NCBI GenBank assembly: GCA_038887515.1
Contig: JAWAKK010000001.1
Coordinates: 390,205-454,204, forward strand
From: Candidatus Nezhaarchaeales archaeon
Lineage (GTDB): Archaea > Thermoproteota > Methanomethylicia > Nezhaarchaeales > WYZ-LMO8
Length of the DNA stretch: 64,000 nucleotides
Reading direction: 5' to 3'
The position numbers were made by a program, and so were the translations under genes. Of this stretch, positions 48,411-58,870 are shown piece after piece. Under the pieces are notes generated by a model. The model was not told the DNA's origin. It searched no databases and saw only the letters and a program-made list of their open reading frames with translations. The stretch's first letter is position 1. Every line of letters starts with the position of its first letter.

Positions 48411-49799
48411 TTGGAGATGGTTAAGAAATTTAAAAAGTTCGTCAAAGTAGTTAAGACGAGAACTCCTTGGCTAGAGCATGTAATCGAAGACTTCAATGAC
48501 GCTTGCGACTTAAATCAGATAGATTTAGTTATTAGGACACCCTCTGGAAGCATGTGTGTCTACTGTAAGGGCTCTAAATTGCTATGCGGCAAAACTAGGT
48601 GCCCCATATTAGTAAAGGTATATAGCATAACGAAGCTTAGTTCATTTTTAAATTCGCTGGATGTTGTAGGATCATCACCTCCTGCGGCGTTCGTTGGTCG
48701 CCTCGGGTACCCCTACGTCTATGCTGGCCCTCTCGTACCACCCTTCACGGGGGATACCTATATCCTCGATACGCCTGAGCTTTGGCTTAAAGCAAGCCTA
48801 CAAGACGTAGTGGATTTCAGGGTGAAGCTTATACGTGGAAAAGCTAGGTTTCACGTGAATGATGCTAACGAATCTCCAAGACTTTTGAGCGACGTTCAAC
48901 TAATGGCCATGGGAGTGAGACCCGTTGATTCTGAAATGAAGCTCTTAAAGAAGCCGAGCGCAAGCATACTGCTTGACGACGAAGTACAACCTATGGGTCC
49001 CTCAGCACCTATAAAGGAGCTTAGGATAAGCAACATTAGTACTAACAAGTTAATTGAAAAAGTCGTTAACGACACAGACTTGAAGGCTAAAGATGCAATC
49101 CTTGAATTATATAGAAAGGGGGCACCAGTATCACAAATTCAAAGAGTATTAAGCGTCGGCCTTCTTGGAACTAAAGGAAGGAGGCGGCTTGTACCTACGA
49201 GGTGGAGCATAACCGCCGTAGATAGCACGATATCCAGAGTCTTGAGAGATGAGAAGGTTAAGGGGATGCCTGAGCTTAATGAATATAGGGTCTATAGCCT
49301 AGACTACATGGACAACAAGTTCGTCGTAATAATGTTCCCTGGGAAGTGGAGCTACGAATCTATAGAGGCTTGGTTTCCTGGAACGACTTGGAATCCTGAA
49401 GGAGGCTCCATAGCTTTCTGCGGTGATTGGGAAGGTTATTGGGGGAGGACTACCTACGCCAGTATGGGAGGATGTTATTATGCTGCGAGGCTAGCCGTCA
49501 CTGAGTATCTTGCTAAAATAGGTAGGCAAGCTTCAGTCTTAATTCTTCGAGAGTCTCATCCAGGCTACATAATGCCAGTAGGGGTCTGGATTGTAAGAGA
49601 ATGCGTTAGAAGCGCGCTTAGCCGAGGGTATGAGAAATTCGATAATTTAAAGGAAGCGCTTGAAAGAGCCTTCAACAAGCTTTACATAAATCCAAGGATT
49701 TGGATGCAAGTTGGTAAGTTGTTAAGCGATCAAATTAAACAGGAGAGGTTGACGAAGTTCATTAATGAGGGGCCTGAAAGTTCGCGTCGATATCTTTAA
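48411..49799 (+). CDS. Archaeal NreA-like protein (DUF650/DUF651), putative PCNA-associated DNA-repair factor
   Basis: The N-terminal 'CVYCKGSKLLCGKTRCP' Cys cluster and a length of 462 aa are reminiscent of the Nre family. This is recall only. Confidence 0.45.
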   Translation: MEMVKKFKKFVKVVKTRTPWLEHVIEDFNDACDLNQIDLVIRTPSGSMCVYCKGSKLLCGKTRCPILVKVYSITKLSSFLNSLDVVGSSPPAAFVGRLGYPYVYAGPLVPPFTGDTYILDTPELWLKASLQDVVDFRVKLIRGKARFHVNDANESPRLLSDVQLMAMGVRPVDSEMKLLKKPSASILLDDEVQPMGPSAPIKELRISNISTNKLIEKVVNDTDLKAKDAILELYRKGAPVSQIQRVLSVGLLGTKGRRRLVPTRWSITAVDSTISRVLRDEKVKGMPELNEYRVYSLDYMDNKFVVIMFPGKWSYESIEAWFPGTTWNPEGGSIAFCGDWEGYWGRTTYASMGGCYYAARLAVTEYLAKIGRQASVLILRESHPGYIMPVGVWIVRECVRSALSRGYEKFDNLKEALERAFNKLYINPRIWMQVGKLLSDQIKQERLTKFINEGPESSRRYL

Positions 49800-49834
49800 G
49801 CTCTTAAAAATATATTTATTGATGGGCTACAACC

Positions 49835-50257
49835 ATGCCTTATCGAGTCTCTGCAATCAATATTGAGAGGTGTATTGGCTGTTATAGTTGCATGTTCGCT
49901 TGCTCAAGGTTAAGGTTCGGCGAAGTTAGCTTAGCGAAGAGTGCAATTCAAGTTAGATCAGCGGGCGGTATTGAGAGGGGCTTTGTAGTTGTAGTCTGTA
50001 GGGCATGCATTGACCCTCCTTGTGCTAAGAATTGCCCTACAGGTGCTATAGCTCCTCGACCTGGTGGAGGGATAACTTACGATGACTCCAAGTGCATTTC
50101 GTGTAAGAATTGTTATGAGGCGTGCATAGTAAAGGCGATAGTATGGGATGATGAAAAAAATAAACCAATAATTTGTAGGTATTGCGGTTTTTGTATAAAA
50201 TTCTGCCCACACAACGTCATAGCTCTCGAACACATGGGGAGGGAAGTTTTGACATGA
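49835..50257 (+). CDS. Polyferredoxin (four [4Fe-4S]-type Cys motifs), AOR-associated electron-transfer subunit
   Basis: 'CIGCYSCMFAC', 'CRACIDPPCAKNCP', 'CISCKNCYEAC' and 'CRYCGFCIKFCP'. It overlaps the AOR start as ATGA. Confidence 0.75.
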   Translation: MPYRVSAINIERCIGCYSCMFACSRLRFGEVSLAKSAIQVRSAGGIERGFVVVVCRACIDPPCAKNCPTGAIAPRPGGGITYDDSKCISCKNCYEACIVKAIVWDDEKNKPIICRYCGFCIKFCPHNVIALEHMGREVLT

Positions 50258-52026
50258 TTGACTCGGGGCTATACAACGTCCTCCACATAGATTTAAGCGA
50301 AGGAAAGTATGAAGTTCATGAAAGAAGAGACCTCTTTGAGAAATACCTAGGTGGGGCGGGCGTTGCGATAAAACTTCTCGAAGAAGAGTGCCCTAGAAAT
50401 ACCGATCCTTTATCGCCCGATAACCCTATAGTATTTGCTGTAGGACCTTTGACATGTTTCTATCCACTAGCATCAAAAACCGTAGCTATGTTCAAGTCGC
50501 CGTTAACAGGAAATCTAGGTGAAAGCCATGCTGGCGGTAGATCGGCTGTAGCCATTAGATTTGCCGGTTACGGGGCGATAGTAATCAAAGGCGCCTCGAA
50601 AAGTCCAGTTTACATATCAATATTTAATGACAAGGTCAATATAAAGGACGCTACAACTCTTTGGGGGATGAAGTCTAGTTACGCTGTCGGTAGAGTTTTG
50701 AGGGAAGTTGAACCTGCAGCGGGCAAGAGGACAATAATGAGGATAGGGATTGCTGGAGAGAACTTAGTTAAGTACGCTAATGTTATCGTTGAGAGCTATA
50801 GGCACTTCGGAAGGCTTGGGCTTGGTGCGGTATTCGGAAGTAAGAAGCTTAAGGCAATAGTCATTGCTGGCACAAGGAGCATTAAGGTCAACAACGTCAA
50901 GGAGTACACGAAAGTCTACGAAGAAATATACAAGGAAATAACTAAGACCGACGTCATGAGTAAGTACCACATCCTTGGAACCGCTGAGAACGTCTTACCC
51001 CTAAACGCTATGGGGGCACTTCCAACGAGGAACCTTATGCAAACTAGATTCGAACAGGCTGAGAACATATCGGGCGAAGCGTTGGCGGAAAAGTACTTGG
51101 TTAGGAAGATAGCGTGTACCCACTGCCCAATAGGATGTATCCACTTGGCATCGCTTAGGATAGCTTTTGCTCCAGGATATGAGTACGAAACCCTCATAAT
51201 ACCGTACGACTACGAGCCCATATATTCCTTGGGTTCAATGTTGGGAGTGGGCTCTCCGGAAGGATTGCTTAGACTTATCGAGAAAGTTGATAGCTTAGGG
51301 CTTGATGCCATAAGCGTAGGGGTCGCGATGGCTTGGACAACGGAATCCTATCACCGAGGTATCATAACCGATAAGGAGACCATGGGGTTGAGACCGAATT
51401 GGGGCGAGGATGTTGAGGTCTACATAAGAATGGCCGAGAAGATAGCTAAGAGAGCAAACGAGTTCTACAGCGCCTTAGCTGATGGAGTCGAAGCCGTAGC
51501 GTTAAAGTATGGAGGTCTAGACTTTGCACTTACATGTGGAGGCAACGAAATGCCTGGATATCATACTGGACCAAGTGCCATAGTAGGTTTCTTGACGGGA
51601 GCGAGGCACTCCCACTTAGATAGTGCTGGATATAGCATCGATCAAAAAGCCTTGAGGACCTCAATGAATGACGAAGAAATGGTAAGACAGCTAGTTATAG
51701 AGGAGAGATTACGAAACGTCTTGACGAGCCTAGTCATATGTCTCTTCGCCAGAGGGTCGTACAGGCTTGAAAGAATCGTCGAGGCGCTTAGACCTTTAGG
51801 AATCGAAACCACGCCAGAAGAGCTTATGAAGATTGGAGCAGAGATTCAGAGAATGAAGGCTTCGTTTAAGGCTAGAGAGGGCTACAGCCCATATAAGCTT
51901 AGAATAGCGAAGAGGTTCCTTGAAACCCCCACACCTCACGGTAAGCTAACCAGAGAGAGGCTCGAGAGGATGATAGACGTGTACGTCGAGACGTCAGGGT
52001 TAAGAGATCTCTATGGAACTCGGTAG
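50254..52026 (+). CDS. aor: Tungsten-containing aldehyde:ferredoxin oxidoreductase (AOR family)
   Basis: About 590 aa. 'LHIDLSEGKYEV...KYLGGAGVAIKLL' is the AOR N-terminal domain and the pterin-binding middle and C-terminal domains follow. The ORF is open from 50182 but the likely start is the ATG at 50254. Confidence 0.85.
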   Translation: MIDSGLYNVLHIDLSEGKYEVHERRDLFEKYLGGAGVAIKLLEEECPRNTDPLSPDNPIVFAVGPLTCFYPLASKTVAMFKSPLTGNLGESHAGGRSAVAIRFAGYGAIVIKGASKSPVYISIFNDKVNIKDATTLWGMKSSYAVGRVLREVEPAAGKRTIMRIGIAGENLVKYANVIVESYRHFGRLGLGAVFGSKKLKAIVIAGTRSIKVNNVKEYTKVYEEIYKEITKTDVMSKYHILGTAENVLPLNAMGALPTRNLMQTRFEQAENISGEALAEKYLVRKIACTHCPIGCIHLASLRIAFAPGYEYETLIIPYDYEPIYSLGSMLGVGSPEGLLRLIEKVDSLGLDAISVGVAMAWTTESYHRGIITDKETMGLRPNWGEDVEVYIRMAEKIAKRANEFYSALADGVEAVALKYGGLDFALTCGGNEMPGYHTGPSAIVGFLTGARHSHLDSAGYSIDQKALRTSMNDEEMVRQLVIEERLRNVLTSLVICLFARGSYRLERIVEALRPLGIETTPEELMKIGAEIQRMKASFKAREGYSPYKLRIAKRFLETPTPHGKLTRERLERMIDVYVETSGLRDLYGTR

Positions 52027-52035
52027 AACAATTAT

Positions 52036-53070
52036 TTAGAAGCCAAGCTTCTCTACGACTGTCCTAAGCTCGCTAGCTGCCCTTTCAGGCGGAACGGTAT
52101 TTATGTACATTCCAGAAGTAAGCTCAAATCCGCCGGGTACCATAACTCTTGGGTGGACTTCTATATGCCAATGATAGCTTTCCCCCTTCCATCGTAGAGG
52201 GGCTACGTGAAAACCGTAATTGTAAGGGGGATCGTTTAAGACCTTCTTTAATGCAAGTAGCGTTGCCTTAAGGGCCCTTGAAAGGGCTCTTCTCTCTTTA
52301 GGATAAGTATTTAAGAAGGAAGGTTCGTGTCGCCTTGGTATTATCCAAAACTCATAGGGTAGCACGCTTGCCCAAGGTGCCACGACGACGTAGTGTTCAT
52401 CGGCATAAATAAGTCTTGGAGAACATATTTCAAGCTCTATTAAATCACAGTAGATACATCCGCCTCGCTCCCGATTATATCTTCTAGCGACGTCAACCTC
52501 TCTCTTTACAGTTGAAGGTACGACTGGTAGGGCTATCACTTGGCTGTGAGGATGAGATATTGAGGCACCGGCCTCTGGTTTATAGTTTCTGAAGAGGCAT
52601 ACATATTTTATACCTCTCTCATAGGACAACTTGGTCATAACTTCAAAGTACGCTTCTACAACTAGCTCAAGACCCCTTATACTATTGTTGTGTGGGTGAG
52701 CTCTATGATCTGGGGACTCGACTATAACTTCATGGTAACCGAACCCGCTATACGACGTAGTTGCAAAGAATAGAGCCTCACCAAGCTTTTCTTCAAATGG
52801 TAAGTCGCTCTTAAGCGCAGGGAACATGTTCTTAAAGCACCTGATAATCCACTTCTCAACCCTTCCATCTTCCTTATCGAATGTCTTAACTAATTCGCCG
52901 TTTTCGCTACGAGAGTAAACAAGCCATGCTGGAGGAGTTAAATTCTCATTTCCTGGACAAAAAGGACATGAACTTAAGTTCTTCCTATCCTTCGGTCTCT
53001 TCGCCCTATCCGGAGCAATAATTACCCAACGATCTGTAGTAGCATCATGCCTATATTCAGGTTCGCTCAA
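52036..53070 (-). CDS. galT: Galactose-1-phosphate uridylyltransferase (GalT, HIT family)
   Basis: 'CPFCPGNE' and 'SHPHSQV' are the zinc and HxHxQ motifs. Confidence 0.75.
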   Translation of the reverse strand: MSEPEYRHDATTDRWVIIAPDRAKRPKDRKNLSSCPFCPGNENLTPPAWLVYSRSENGELVKTFDKEDGRVEKWIIRCFKNMFPALKSDLPFEEKLGEALFFATTSYSGFGYHEVIVESPDHRAHPHNNSIRGLELVVEAYFEVMTKLSYERGIKYVCLFRNYKPEAGASISHPHSQVIALPVVPSTVKREVDVARRYNRERGGCIYCDLIELEICSPRLIYADEHYVVVAPWASVLPYEFWIIPRRHEPSFLNTYPKERRALSRALKATLLALKKVLNDPPYNYGFHVAPLRWKGESYHWHIEVHPRVMVPGGFELTSGMYINTVPPERAASELRTVVEKLGF

Positions 53071-53333
53071 GGTTTCCTCAATCCTCCCTCTTGTTATGCA
53101 ATTCCGTGCTCTTAGTGCGAAAAAGCTCCTCTGCCTTAGCTTCTATATCGAAGAGTAGCATTTCTCTTTCCTCATAGCCTTCGAAGCTCCTTAATTTGAC
53201 TTTTAGCTTTACGGCCCTCAAATCTATCAAAATAAATCATATGCACCTGCTATTAAATGCTTGTAGAAGAGGCAATAACTATGTATTCGGTAAGTTAAAG
53301 GTTCAGCCCCCTACTACTTAAGGGGGGAAAGCA

Positions 53334-53828
53334 GTGCTAATAGGTTTAATATCTGATACTCACGACAACTTACCAGCAATAACTGAAGCAGTAAAGCACT
53401 TTAACTCCATGAGGGTTGGATTAGTTCTCCACGCCGGAGACTACGTTGCCCCCTTCACATTTAATGCCTATCGAGAGCTTAAATGCAGACTTGTAGGGGT
53501 CTTCGGTAATGTCGACGGTGATCGAAGGCTTCTACGTGAGAGATTTTCGAGCCTTAACTTCAAGGTTGAAAATGAATTTGAAGAAGTTGAAGTTGAAGGT
53601 ACCAAAATAGCGCTACTCCACGGCGTCCACCAACAGATAGTGGAAGCATTGGCTTTAAGCGGTAAATACGACGTCGTAGTTCATGGACATACTCATGTTA
53701 AGAGGCTTGAACGTATAGGAAAAACGCTCGTAGTAAATCCCGGCGAGACCTGCGGTTACCTATATGGAGTTAAGTCGATAGCTATTCTTGATACAGCAAC
53801 ACTTAAGGTTGAGTTTAAGGAACTATGA
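53334..53828 (+). CDS. YfcE/MJ0936-family metallophosphoesterase
   Basis: 'MLIGLISDTHDN', 'HAGDYV' and 'VVHGHTHV'. Confidence 0.7.
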   Translation: MLIGLISDTHDNLPAITEAVKHFNSMRVGLVLHAGDYVAPFTFNAYRELKCRLVGVFGNVDGDRRLLRERFSSLNFKVENEFEEVEVEGTKIALLHGVHQQIVEALALSGKYDVVVHGHTHVKRLERIGKTLVVNPGETCGYLYGVKSIAILDTATLKVEFKEL

Positions 53829-53847
53829 AAATGGGAGGATGAATTAG

Positions 53848-54222
53848 ATGAGCAGTGAAGATTTATGGTTAAAAATGAAGAAGCTAGAACTTCAGCGAAA
53901 ACTTCTAGCGTTGACGGCCAAGAAGGATGAGCCTAAGCCTAAAGACCCTTACGAAGTTATAAGACCTCTATTGGAAGAGAGAGCCGATGAAGTCCTTGAG
54001 GCGGCAAAAGCTCAGTTTCCGAGAGTTACAAATGTTGTTGTCGCAGAACTAGCAAAGTTGGTTGAAGCTGGTTTAATAAAGAAGATCACGGGTCCCTGGT
54101 TGATGGGTTTATTCGCAAAGCTAGGTTACAAACCTAGGCTTGAAACTAAGATATCGGTAATTTCTGATGGCAAGATTATGGATTTAAAGGAGAAGATATC
54201 TAGAACCCTTAAAGAATGGTGA
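53848..54222 (+). CDS. PDCD5/TFAR19-like dsDNA-binding protein (MTH1615 family)
   Basis: 124-aa helical protein with pattern '...LELQRKLL...KISVISDGKIMDL'. Confidence 0.5.
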   Translation: MSSEDLWLKMKKLELQRKLLALTAKKDEPKPKDPYEVIRPLLEERADEVLEAAKAQFPRVTNVVVAELAKLVEAGLIKKITGPWLMGLFAKLGYKPRLETKISVISDGKIMDLKEKISRTLKEW

Positions 54223-54246
54223 GAAACTTCATAGGCTTAAACAATT

Positions 54247-55650
54247 TCAACAAGCTTTTGCCACTTCTCTAACCTTCTTCAGTCCCCACTCAAGAAGCAT
54301 CTTGGCTTCTTCAAGACTTTCTGACTCGACGTAAACCCTCACTACGGGTTCGGTGCCTGAGGGCCTTATGAGAAGCCAGCCCTTCTTGGTTATGAACTTC
54401 ACTCCATCAACCTTCACTGTTCTCTCAACAGGTAGCCCGCCGACGTTATCGAGTTCTAGGTTCAGCAAGGTCTCTCTAACTTCATGAGATCTACCTATCT
54501 CCACCTTACCTCTTAAGCTGTATAGAAGTTTATACTCTTTACCCAATTCACGGATTAATTCTTCAAGCTTCTTCTTCCCAGATAAAGCCAAGCTCTCAAT
54601 TATGTATAGACAAGTTAAAACTCCATCCTTTTCTGGGATGTGCCACTTGTATCCGAAGCCTCCGCTCTCCTCGCCACCCATAATTGCCTCACCCATTAGT
54701 AGGTGAGGGGCTATGTTCTTGAAGCCTACCGGCACTTCATAAATTCTTATCCCGTTCTTAGATGCTATCTCGTCAACCATGTGAGTTGTAGCGACAGTCC
54801 TAACGACCCCACCTTTAATCCCTTTGTCAAGCATGTGTTTAAGAATTAGTGGAAATAACATGTTAGGCGAGATGTACGTATCGGAATAAGCTGATGCTCT
54901 ATCTCCATCGCCATCGGTTGCAAGACCTACATCCATATCATGCATGAAGAGCGGAATATCACTGACTGCTTCAGGCAACGTTGGGTCAGGTATGAGTCCT
55001 CCAAAACTGGGATCTTTATCGTACCGCATGCGTTTGACCTCACACCCAACCCTCATTAAGACCTCGTCTAAGAAGCCTATTGTGGAGCCGTGCATGTGAT
55101 TTACGAGTACCTTAAGCCTGGCTTTCCTAATAGCGTCCTTTTCTACTAGTGATAGCATCCAATCGATGTATTCTTCTTTAAAATCTACGTGCGCTATTAA
55201 ACCCTTCTTTTCAGCGTCCTTAATGCTCATAGTTCTAGTGCTCGACTTAAAAATCAACTTTTCGACTTCCTGCGTTATTTCAGATGAAGCAGGACCTCCA
55301 TAGTGAGGTATAAACTTTATCCCGTTGTATTCAGGAGGATTATGAGATGCAGTGATCATAACGGCTCCTCCAGCCCTAAGTTTGACGGTTGCAAAAGCGA
55401 CTAGAGGCGTTGGGACATCGCCTTCAACCATGTAAATCGGAATGCCATTCCCGGCGAAAACTTCAAGGCAAGCCTTAGCGTATGCCTTCGAATTCCTCCT
55501 AGAGTCATACCCTATAACTACGCCGTACTTAGCTAACCCTCTACTACTAATATAATCGGCTATCGCCTGAGCAACGACCTTGACCTTGTCAACAGTGAAA
55601 TCCCTATCCATAACCCCCCTCCAACCGTCGGTACCAAACTTTATGGTCAA
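54247..55650 (-). CDS. Phosphoglucomutase/phosphomannomutase
   Basis: 'GGAVMITASHNPPEYNGIKF' is the active-site Ser loop and 'GLATDGDGDR' is the metal loop. Confidence 0.85.
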   Translation of the reverse strand: MTIKFGTDGWRGVMDRDFTVDKVKVVAQAIADYISSRGLAKYGVVIGYDSRRNSKAYAKACLEVFAGNGIPIYMVEGDVPTPLVAFATVKLRAGGAVMITASHNPPEYNGIKFIPHYGGPASSEITQEVEKLIFKSSTRTMSIKDAEKKGLIAHVDFKEEYIDWMLSLVEKDAIRKARLKVLVNHMHGSTIGFLDEVLMRVGCEVKRMRYDKDPSFGGLIPDPTLPEAVSDIPLFMHDMDVGLATDGDGDRASAYSDTYISPNMLFPLILKHMLDKGIKGGVVRTVATTHMVDEIASKNGIRIYEVPVGFKNIAPHLLMGEAIMGGEESGGFGYKWHIPEKDGVLTCLYIIESLALSGKKKLEELIRELGKEYKLLYSLRGKVEIGRSHEVRETLLNLELDNVGGLPVERTVKVDGVKFITKKGWLLIRPSGTEPVVRVYVESESLEEAKMLLEWGLKKVREVAKAC

Positions 55651-55958
55651 AATCTCTCACCATTAAGATTGAGAATACTAAGGTCTCATAATAACTTAAG
55701 CTTGCAAAGAGATAAAATGTCTTGTGTTACCATTCAAATCATTAACGAATCCCGCTATTTCCCAAAGATGCTATTTTAAGCTCCACATAGCTAGCTATAA
55801 TGTCTTAGGCAACTAAATTATAGTCCATGCGATCAGCGACGTTACACGATAATAATTTAAAGCGTTCATAATTACAGATTTTTTGCGGTAAACTGCAAAA
55901 ATGTTATAAGTTTATCACCTTATTACTCCTTTAAAATACACAAAGCCTGTGTGTAAAT

Positions 55959-56774
55959 TTGGTCTATAGTGATATGGTTATGTATAAGGAGAAAAGTATT
56001 AAAGAGTTGCCCGTAATCATCTTTTCAAAAAATCGTGTTCTCGGAGAGTTTTGGGTTAAAGGATTTGCCAAGCCTTCGGTTTTGAGCGAAGTCGTAAAAA
56101 TCTTAAATGAGCATAACGTTCAGATAAAGAACCTTATTGCATATTCCATAAAGGGTGAAGAAGTGGCTTTCATCATAGTCGATCTAACGGACATTAAAGG
56201 CGATGTTAATGAGGTAATAAGTAAAATGAAGGCTTTGCCCAACGTTTCCGAAGTCGATTTTTTCAGCCCGAAACATTATGGCTGTGTGTATGAGGCTTTC
56301 GGTTTTCCAATTACTTCTTCCGGTTTCGACGAGAATATAATAATGAGGCTTAGGAGCTTTATCGATATGCTTGAGGGCATTAAAGCTTGCTTCGGCTCTG
56401 CTGGTGAAGCCTTCTTATGGTATCTGGCTAGGGATGGTGGATCTAGCACGGCTAAATGGTTTAATAGTAACCTTGAAAGTTTGGACGTAGAAGATAAAAT
56501 TAAGATTCACTTGGCTGCACTCTTTTCCGCTGGCTGGGGTAAGTTTGAGCTTAAAAGATTCGATTGGGTCGAAAAAGTCATAGAGATAGAAGCGATAGAT
56601 AACCTTGAAGTTAAACATAAGAAAGGTATAGCTAAAAATCCTCGATGCACCTTTATAAGAGGCTATTTGACCGGCTTATTAAGCGTTTATTTAGGCAAAA
56701 ACGTTAGAGTTGAGGAAGTAGAGTGTGAAGCCAAGAAGGATGGTCGTTGTCTATTTGTTTGTTATTTCGGTTAG
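55959..56774 (+). CDS. ACT-domain plus V4R (4-vinyl reductase) domain regulatory protein
   Basis: C-terminal 'CTFIRGYLTGLLSVYLGKNVRVEEVECEAKKDGRCLFV' matches the V4R pattern C.F..G...G....E..C.A.G...C.F. Confidence 0.5.
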   Translation: MVYSDMVMYKEKSIKELPVIIFSKNRVLGEFWVKGFAKPSVLSEVVKILNEHNVQIKNLIAYSIKGEEVAFIIVDLTDIKGDVNEVISKMKALPNVSEVDFFSPKHYGCVYEAFGFPITSSGFDENIIMRLRSFIDMLEGIKACFGSAGEAFLWYLARDGGSSTAKWFNSNLESLDVEDKIKIHLAALFSAGWGKFELKRFDWVEKVIEIEAIDNLEVKHKKGIAKNPRCTFIRGYLTGLLSVYLGKNVRVEEVECEAKKDGRCLFVCYFG

Positions 56775-56793
56775 TCTCGTTATTTAACAAAGT

Positions 56794-58176
56794 TCAACCA
56801 AATCTTTTCAATGTTACGTAGATTAATGGCGCTAGACAAGCTAACGACCATAACGATAGTACTACATAAGACTTCAGCATCGCAACGACTAAGGCTGACA
56901 GTGGTAAAATTGATAAGCCTAGTTCGAGCTTGGGTACAGCCTTTGAAGTCTTCTTTAAAGGACCTTTAGGCGTTACCCTCCACGTGCACGGTACTTTAAA
57001 GAGAGGTTTCAATGAGGATAGGAAAAGGTCGAAACTCATAGCTAAAGCTAGAGCAGCCGACCTTCCAAGCAACTTAATTCTCCGACTCAGGTTGCATTCT
57101 TCGATGGTATGTCTCATGAAGTTAAAGCTGTATATCATCGTTATAACAGCTCCAATAGTCATAAGAGGTAGCATCGGCAATAACGACGGCTCTCCGTTAA
57201 AGAACGTTAGTAACGGCAAGGCTATAATTGATAGACCCGCCAAAGCGAGGCCCCAATATTGGGTAAGGTAGATCAGGAGACTTACTTTTTCAAGCATCCT
57301 CAAGTTAGATTTAATAATTGCCTTACCGTGCTTCAATAAAACTTGGCTTATACCATATGCCCACCGCTTCTGTTGCCTTTTGAAGTCACTATAAGTCGAT
57401 GGATGCTCAACCCAAACGGGTACATCACTGTTATATACTATCCTGTAACCCTTAAGTCTAAGCCTAACGCCTAGCTCTACGTCTTCTAAGAGACACTTCT
57501 CATCCCACATACCAACTCTTAAGAGTGCATTCCTCCTTATCGCACACGCATTACCTAATAGTATTGAGCTTCCGAAGATGACTTGGAGTCCCTTGAATAG
57601 ACCATTAGTAAAGAATTTTTGTCCAAAGCCTATGGCTTCAGATACCGCACTCTCTCTTAAGTTAAGTGGTTCCCATCTGGCGACAACGGCTGCGACGTCG
57701 TTTGATTCATATAACGTTGTTAGAACCTTCATTAGAAAATCTGATGGTAATACGCTGTCTACATCCAGAACTACTATTACATCGCTTTGAACCTTTAAAG
57801 CCTCGTTTAGAGCTCCAGCTTTAAATCCCGTAGCGGTCCTCCTATGTATAAAGATGACCTCTAGATCCCTTCGAGCACGATTACATACCTCCTCCATCGG
57901 CTTAGGATCTTGGTCATCGCACACGATTACGACCTTGATCTTATCTCTAGGATATCTTTGCTGTCGGATCGAAGCAAGGACCCTTTCAAGAAGGGCCGGC
58001 GATTCTCCTCGAATAGGTATGTGAAAAGCGACAACAGGTGCACTCGAAATATATCCCTTGGGACTCAAATACCTAGAAGATGCGCTTGCTATACATACGT
58101 GGTAGCCTAGATAAACGAGTTCTGTTATCGCTATGACTAACAATAGTGTTAGAGATAGTATCGATGCTATCTCCAT
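56794..58176 (-). CDS. Membrane-embedded processive family-2 glycosyltransferase (cellulose/chitin/hyaluronan-synthase-like)
   Basis: 'VIVCDDQD', 'VLDVDSV' and 'QQKRWAYG' (QxxRW) motifs, with N- and C-terminal TM helices. Confidence 0.7.
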   Translation of the reverse strand: MEIASILSLTLLLVIAITELVYLGYHVCIASASSRYLSPKGYISSAPVVAFHIPIRGESPALLERVLASIRQQRYPRDKIKVVIVCDDQDPKPMEEVCNRARRDLEVIFIHRRTATGFKAGALNEALKVQSDVIVVLDVDSVLPSDFLMKVLTTLYESNDVAAVVARWEPLNLRESAVSEAIGFGQKFFTNGLFKGLQVIFGSSILLGNACAIRRNALLRVGMWDEKCLLEDVELGVRLRLKGYRIVYNSDVPVWVEHPSTYSDFKRQQKRWAYGISQVLLKHGKAIIKSNLRMLEKVSLLIYLTQYWGLALAGLSIIALPLLTFFNGEPSLLPMLPLMTIGAVITMIYSFNFMRHTIEECNLSRRIKLLGRSAALALAMSFDLFLSSLKPLFKVPCTWRVTPKGPLKKTSKAVPKLELGLSILPLSALVVAMLKSYVVLSLWSLACLAPLIYVTLKRFG

Positions 58177-58223
58177 GGCTTTATGCCTAATAGTAGTAGA
58201 TAAGCTTAGACTTAGCTATTTCT

Positions 58224-58502
58224 CTAGTCTTCCATAAACTTGCTCTTCCACGCACCCTTAAACTTACCTACCTTATCTACAAACCAGACGCTTCTACCAT
58301 CAACTACTTTATGGTAGAACTCGCTTTTGAAGCGCATTATCTCGTTTCTATATTCATCAAGCTTCTTAAAGACCCTAACCTCTGTTTCCCTCCTCCTCAC
58401 CCTATTCTTGCATACTGGGCATTGATATACCCTTGTTAAAGCAAAGAACTTTGAACCACAATTGCCACAGTTATATTCGTGAATTTTGATAACGTAATTC
58501 AC
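58224..58502 (-). CDS. Small zinc-ribbon protein
   Basis: 'CGNCGSKF...CPVCKN' is two CxxC pairs. Length 92 aa. Confidence 0.35.
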   Translation of the reverse strand: MNYVIKIHEYNCGNCGSKFFALTRVYQCPVCKNRVRRRETEVRVFKKLDEYRNEIMRFKSEFYHKVVDGRSVWFVDKVGKFKGAWKSKFMED

Positions 58503-58870
58503 AATACCACCTCGACAGAGGCACTAGAGTTAATTGAAACTATCTAATGAAAAGGTTTTTGGATTTACGTGAAAACTTTGTTTAAAAAGTTAAAGTTAAG
58601 AATGCACACCTCTAAATAAGATTCTGCAATAGTCGAAAAATAGTTATCGAGAGAAACTCACTGAGAAAGTATCTGAGATTCACGGACCCGAGCAGAAACC
58701 CCTTTTTAAGCTTCCGAGATACTTAGAAAGACAAAATTAATTATACCATAACTATGTGAAGAAAATCCAGAAATGTTTAAGATAGATGTACAACTTCTTC
58801 TGTTTGGACTTTAGTTGCATGCTTGTCTTAATCGACGTATTAAAACTTCAAAATTCTTTTTAGAGACCTG

